Source of the DNA: Oopsacas minuta | Taxonomy: Eukaryota; Animalia; Porifera | NCBI GenBank assembly: GCA_024704765.1 | Contig: JAKMXF010000297.1 | Span: 299,848-363,847 of the forward strand | Length of the DNA: 64,000 bases | Direction of reading: 5' to 3' | In this document: positions 61,432 to 64,000 of the stretch, in pieces | How positions within the stretch are numbered: position 1 is the stretch's first letter | Layout: every line of letters starts with the position of its first letter | Made by a program: the position numbers and the translations under genes | The notes under the pieces: generated by a model | What the model saw: the letters and a program-made list of their open reading frames with translations, nothing else | The model's database searches: none | Told to the model about the DNA's origin: nothing

Positions 61432-62742
61432 CAGGGTGGCTCCAAAGTTCTGATACAAACCATTTGTCTATAATATTTATTCAGCATGACCTACATTATT
61501 GATTCTCTATATATAATTAATACATACTATTAGGAAGAGATTGCCTAGTCATTTATTCAATATAACCACCCTTTTTGGAAATGACAGCCCTGAGTCTGTT
61601 CGGGAATCCTTCTACTGCGGCACGCAGAGTTTCTTGGGGTATCTTCTCCCATTCTCGACACAAGGAAATCTTTAGAGAGCTAACTGTGTTGTGTGACACA
61701 GAACAAGCCTTGTTTTCCAAGATAGACCATACAGAATAGTCCATGGGATTTAAATCGGGACTGCATGGTGGCCATTCATCCTTATGTATAAAATTGGGAA
61801 TATTGTGCTTCAGCCAATCTTGGGTCGTATTGGCCGTATGGGTGGGAGCACCATCTTGTTGGAAGACAAATTGCTGTCCAGAAAACATGGTCTGGCTCAG
61901 ACCTTTTACCACAGGCTCTAATACAAGCTCTTGGTATGTTTTGGCATTGATTTTCACTCCTGGGGGGATGAAAATCAGTGGTGTCCGACCAACAGCAGAG
62001 ACCCCAGCCCAAACCATCACCGACTGTGGTTTCTTCATCCGACTGATATATCTGAACTTATCAGGGATCGCTGAAACTGAGGTCGAGATGACTCTGTCGT
62101 TTTGGCTATTTGTAGCCTCTTCAATGGTGAAAATTTTCTCATCTGAGAAAATGGTATTTTCGAGAACTCCAATAGCGTGTAGAGCAAGTAGGCTCTTGCT
62201 CCGGGACACTCTCTTTTCTTTCACCGACCCAGATAGGAATTGTACCTTTTTGCGTTTAAAAGAGCGCATTCCTAGGTCCCTTTTGACAACCTTTTGTATT
62301 GCTCGGCGAGATATATTGAGCTCCAAGGCCATTTACCTCATCGAACGGTGTGGGTTCCGCCGAATCCGTTCTCGCACCACTTTCTTGAGAGCTGAGGTCG
62401 TTACAGAGCATGGACGACCAGATCTCGGCTTGTCTACAGTGTCCCCAGTTTCCTTATATCGATTTATCGTCCTGTAGATAAATGCCCTACGTCCTTTTGC
62501 AATATTCAGCAGTTTCAAAATTTCTGATGGACTTTTCCCCGCCATATGCAACTCAATAATTGCTGACCTCTCAGATTCCATGGTCAATCACAATTTTTTT
62601 CGAAATAGAATACACCAAATTGAAATAATATTTGGTAGGAAGCGTATAAGGTATGTCATAGAAGAGCAAACCATTGAGAATACTTCCTGATAATGGTTGT
62701 ATATTAATCATGATTTTGTATCAGAACTTTGGAGCCACCCTG
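61432..62742 (-). mobile_element. Full-length Tc1/mariner element, DD37D (maT) family, 1311 bp
   Basis: Perfect 28-bp TIRs cagggtggctccaaagttctgatacaaa; TA TSD on both sides; transposase with FSDE, QQDGA, SPDLNPMD and 37 residues between the 2nd and 3rd Asp. Confidence 0.95.
61553..62587 (-). pseudogene. maT transposase interrupted by one in-frame TAA (62333-62335)
   Basis: ORFs 62333-62587 and 61553-62332 are in the same frame, joined as ...ATG AGG TAA ATG GCC. Confidence 0.9.
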
Positions 62743-63847
62743 TATATCTATTGGTTTATTTCACTTATAATATTTTGCAGAAAAATCATCGTATTATATT
62801 CCCGACACATTTTGCTTCAGCAGCGAAGGCGTCATAATTCAGAAGTGTAATTAACTAAATATCTACACTCTCTAGGCCAGCACATTCAAATAAGAATTGT
62901 ATCTCAGTAGTTTAAATGTCCAGGTAATGCCCAATTCAATTCATCATGTTTGTTGGGTCGTGAACTAAGTAGTACACAGATGGGTTTAATGACGCATCAG
63001 ATTATCGAGGTATGTAAATGCACAGATACATATAAATAATATTCCGCAACGCTTTGGCTCATGATGTCAATCAATCCCTACTACTCAACAGTACTTGTGA
63101 CAAAGCTGCAAAGAGAATTAATGTAGAAATTCAACATGATGCAGATTACAATGGGGTAGCTAGCATTGAGACAGAGTAGGCAACTTTTTCGGCCGTCGCC
63201 TCATCTCCCTATTGCAATCACCATTTATTGAGGCAAATATTCATCCTGCCTCCTAGCTCTCAGATTTTTAGTTACGCCCTAAGGATTGTGCAATTCACAG
63301 CAGCTCGACTATAACTATACTGATTCCGAATCTGAATTCCAATTTCATCACATCAGAATTTTTCGAAAAATATTCTATCCCCTCGCGTATCCCAGTTGTA
63401 TATTACTGATTAATTATAAAAAGTTTATTATTAATTTAAAATGGTACGTACAATCTTATTCAGATGATTGGATAGTTTTCAGGTCATATCAAAATTTGAT
63501 TAAATATCATTAATATAATTTTAACACCTACTTGCTGCTAATAATTAAATAATGCATTAGAACGCTATTGAGTCTCAATAACATATATTCAATGTTATTG
63601 GATTGAATCATGGGATATTACTATAATTATATTACGAGGCGTTATGCGTGAATCGTACAATGCGCAAAATATTAATTATATAAACATCAGAGGATATACG
63701 CACAAATGAACGACCCTTTTGTAACAGACACAGAGTACAATTCCTAATTGAACTCTAAAATAATATCAGACTCTGTAATTATGCTAATTTATCAGTCATG
63801 AAACAACTAGTTTAGCTGTGTATATGTTATGGGCAATATGAGAAATT

Positions 63848-64000
63848 GGGCATTATGCATAATGCCCAGGCAATATGCATAATGCTACTTTTTTAGTCAA
63901 TATGCATAATGTCCAGGCAATATGCATAATGCTACTTTTTTAGTCAATATGCATAATGTCCAGGCAATATGCATAATGCTACTTTTTTAGTCAATATGCA
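63848..64000. repeat. Tandem array, 47-bp unit (20+27 bp subunits each with atatgcataatg), running off the window end
   Basis: caatatgcataatgctac recurs at 63871, 63918, 63965; the array opens with the perfect 20-bp palindrome gggcattatgcataatgccc. Confidence 0.9.

Noticed and set aside
61743-62477. 244-aa second minus-strand ORF track entry over the transposase
   Set aside because: Its translation is the reverse-complement shadow of the transposase frame; no independent features.
62900-63513. Coding-looking plus-strand stretch, or a minus-strand signal-peptide exon for the receptor
   Set aside because: Frames are interrupted by stops, no family is recognised, and no convincing in-phase donor was found.
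63848-64000. Possible CRISPR-like array
   Set aside because: The linkers are identical between units (no unique spacers), there are no cas genes, and the context is eukaryotic.

Overview
Eukaryotic, AT-rich, very gene-dense animal DNA. The compactness, mostly intronless housekeeping genes and GT-AG introns suggest a sponge, most likely a glass sponge (Hexactinellida); this is an inference from gene content. Left half: two convergent astacin/TSP1 metalloprotease paralogues sharing a ~0.7 kb near-identical block, a 2-exon P2X receptor, a 5-exon ARGLU1, an EF-hand/WW/coiled-coil/CAP-Gly protein, PRMT1, androglobin, a decayed MATE transporter, mitochondrial mL37 and MGAT2. Main finding: the scattered Ig and FN3 fragments on the minus strand (33.9-59.5 kb) splice in phase into one 12-exon receptor (5 Ig, 5 FN3, Thr-rich stalk, TM, cytoplasmic tail; about 1336 aa). 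Its introns contain 11 other protein-coding genes, nine of them in a single 13.9-kb intron that splits an FN3 domain mid-motif (LVPYTTYE|VQIYARN). Many compact genes have a YAG within 0-7 nt of the ATG, as expected for trans-splice acceptors, whereas actin has a CArG-CArG-TATA promoter. ARGLU1 keeps its ancestral exon sizes and carries a candidate hairpin-containing poison exon. Non-coding DNA holds hAT, pogo/Tigger, Harbinger and Helitron-like non-autonomous elements, a HIRAN-like-domain-carrying element, a near-intact DD37D (maT) transposon and a palindromic 47-bp tandem array. No rRNA, tRNA or CRISPR was recognised.
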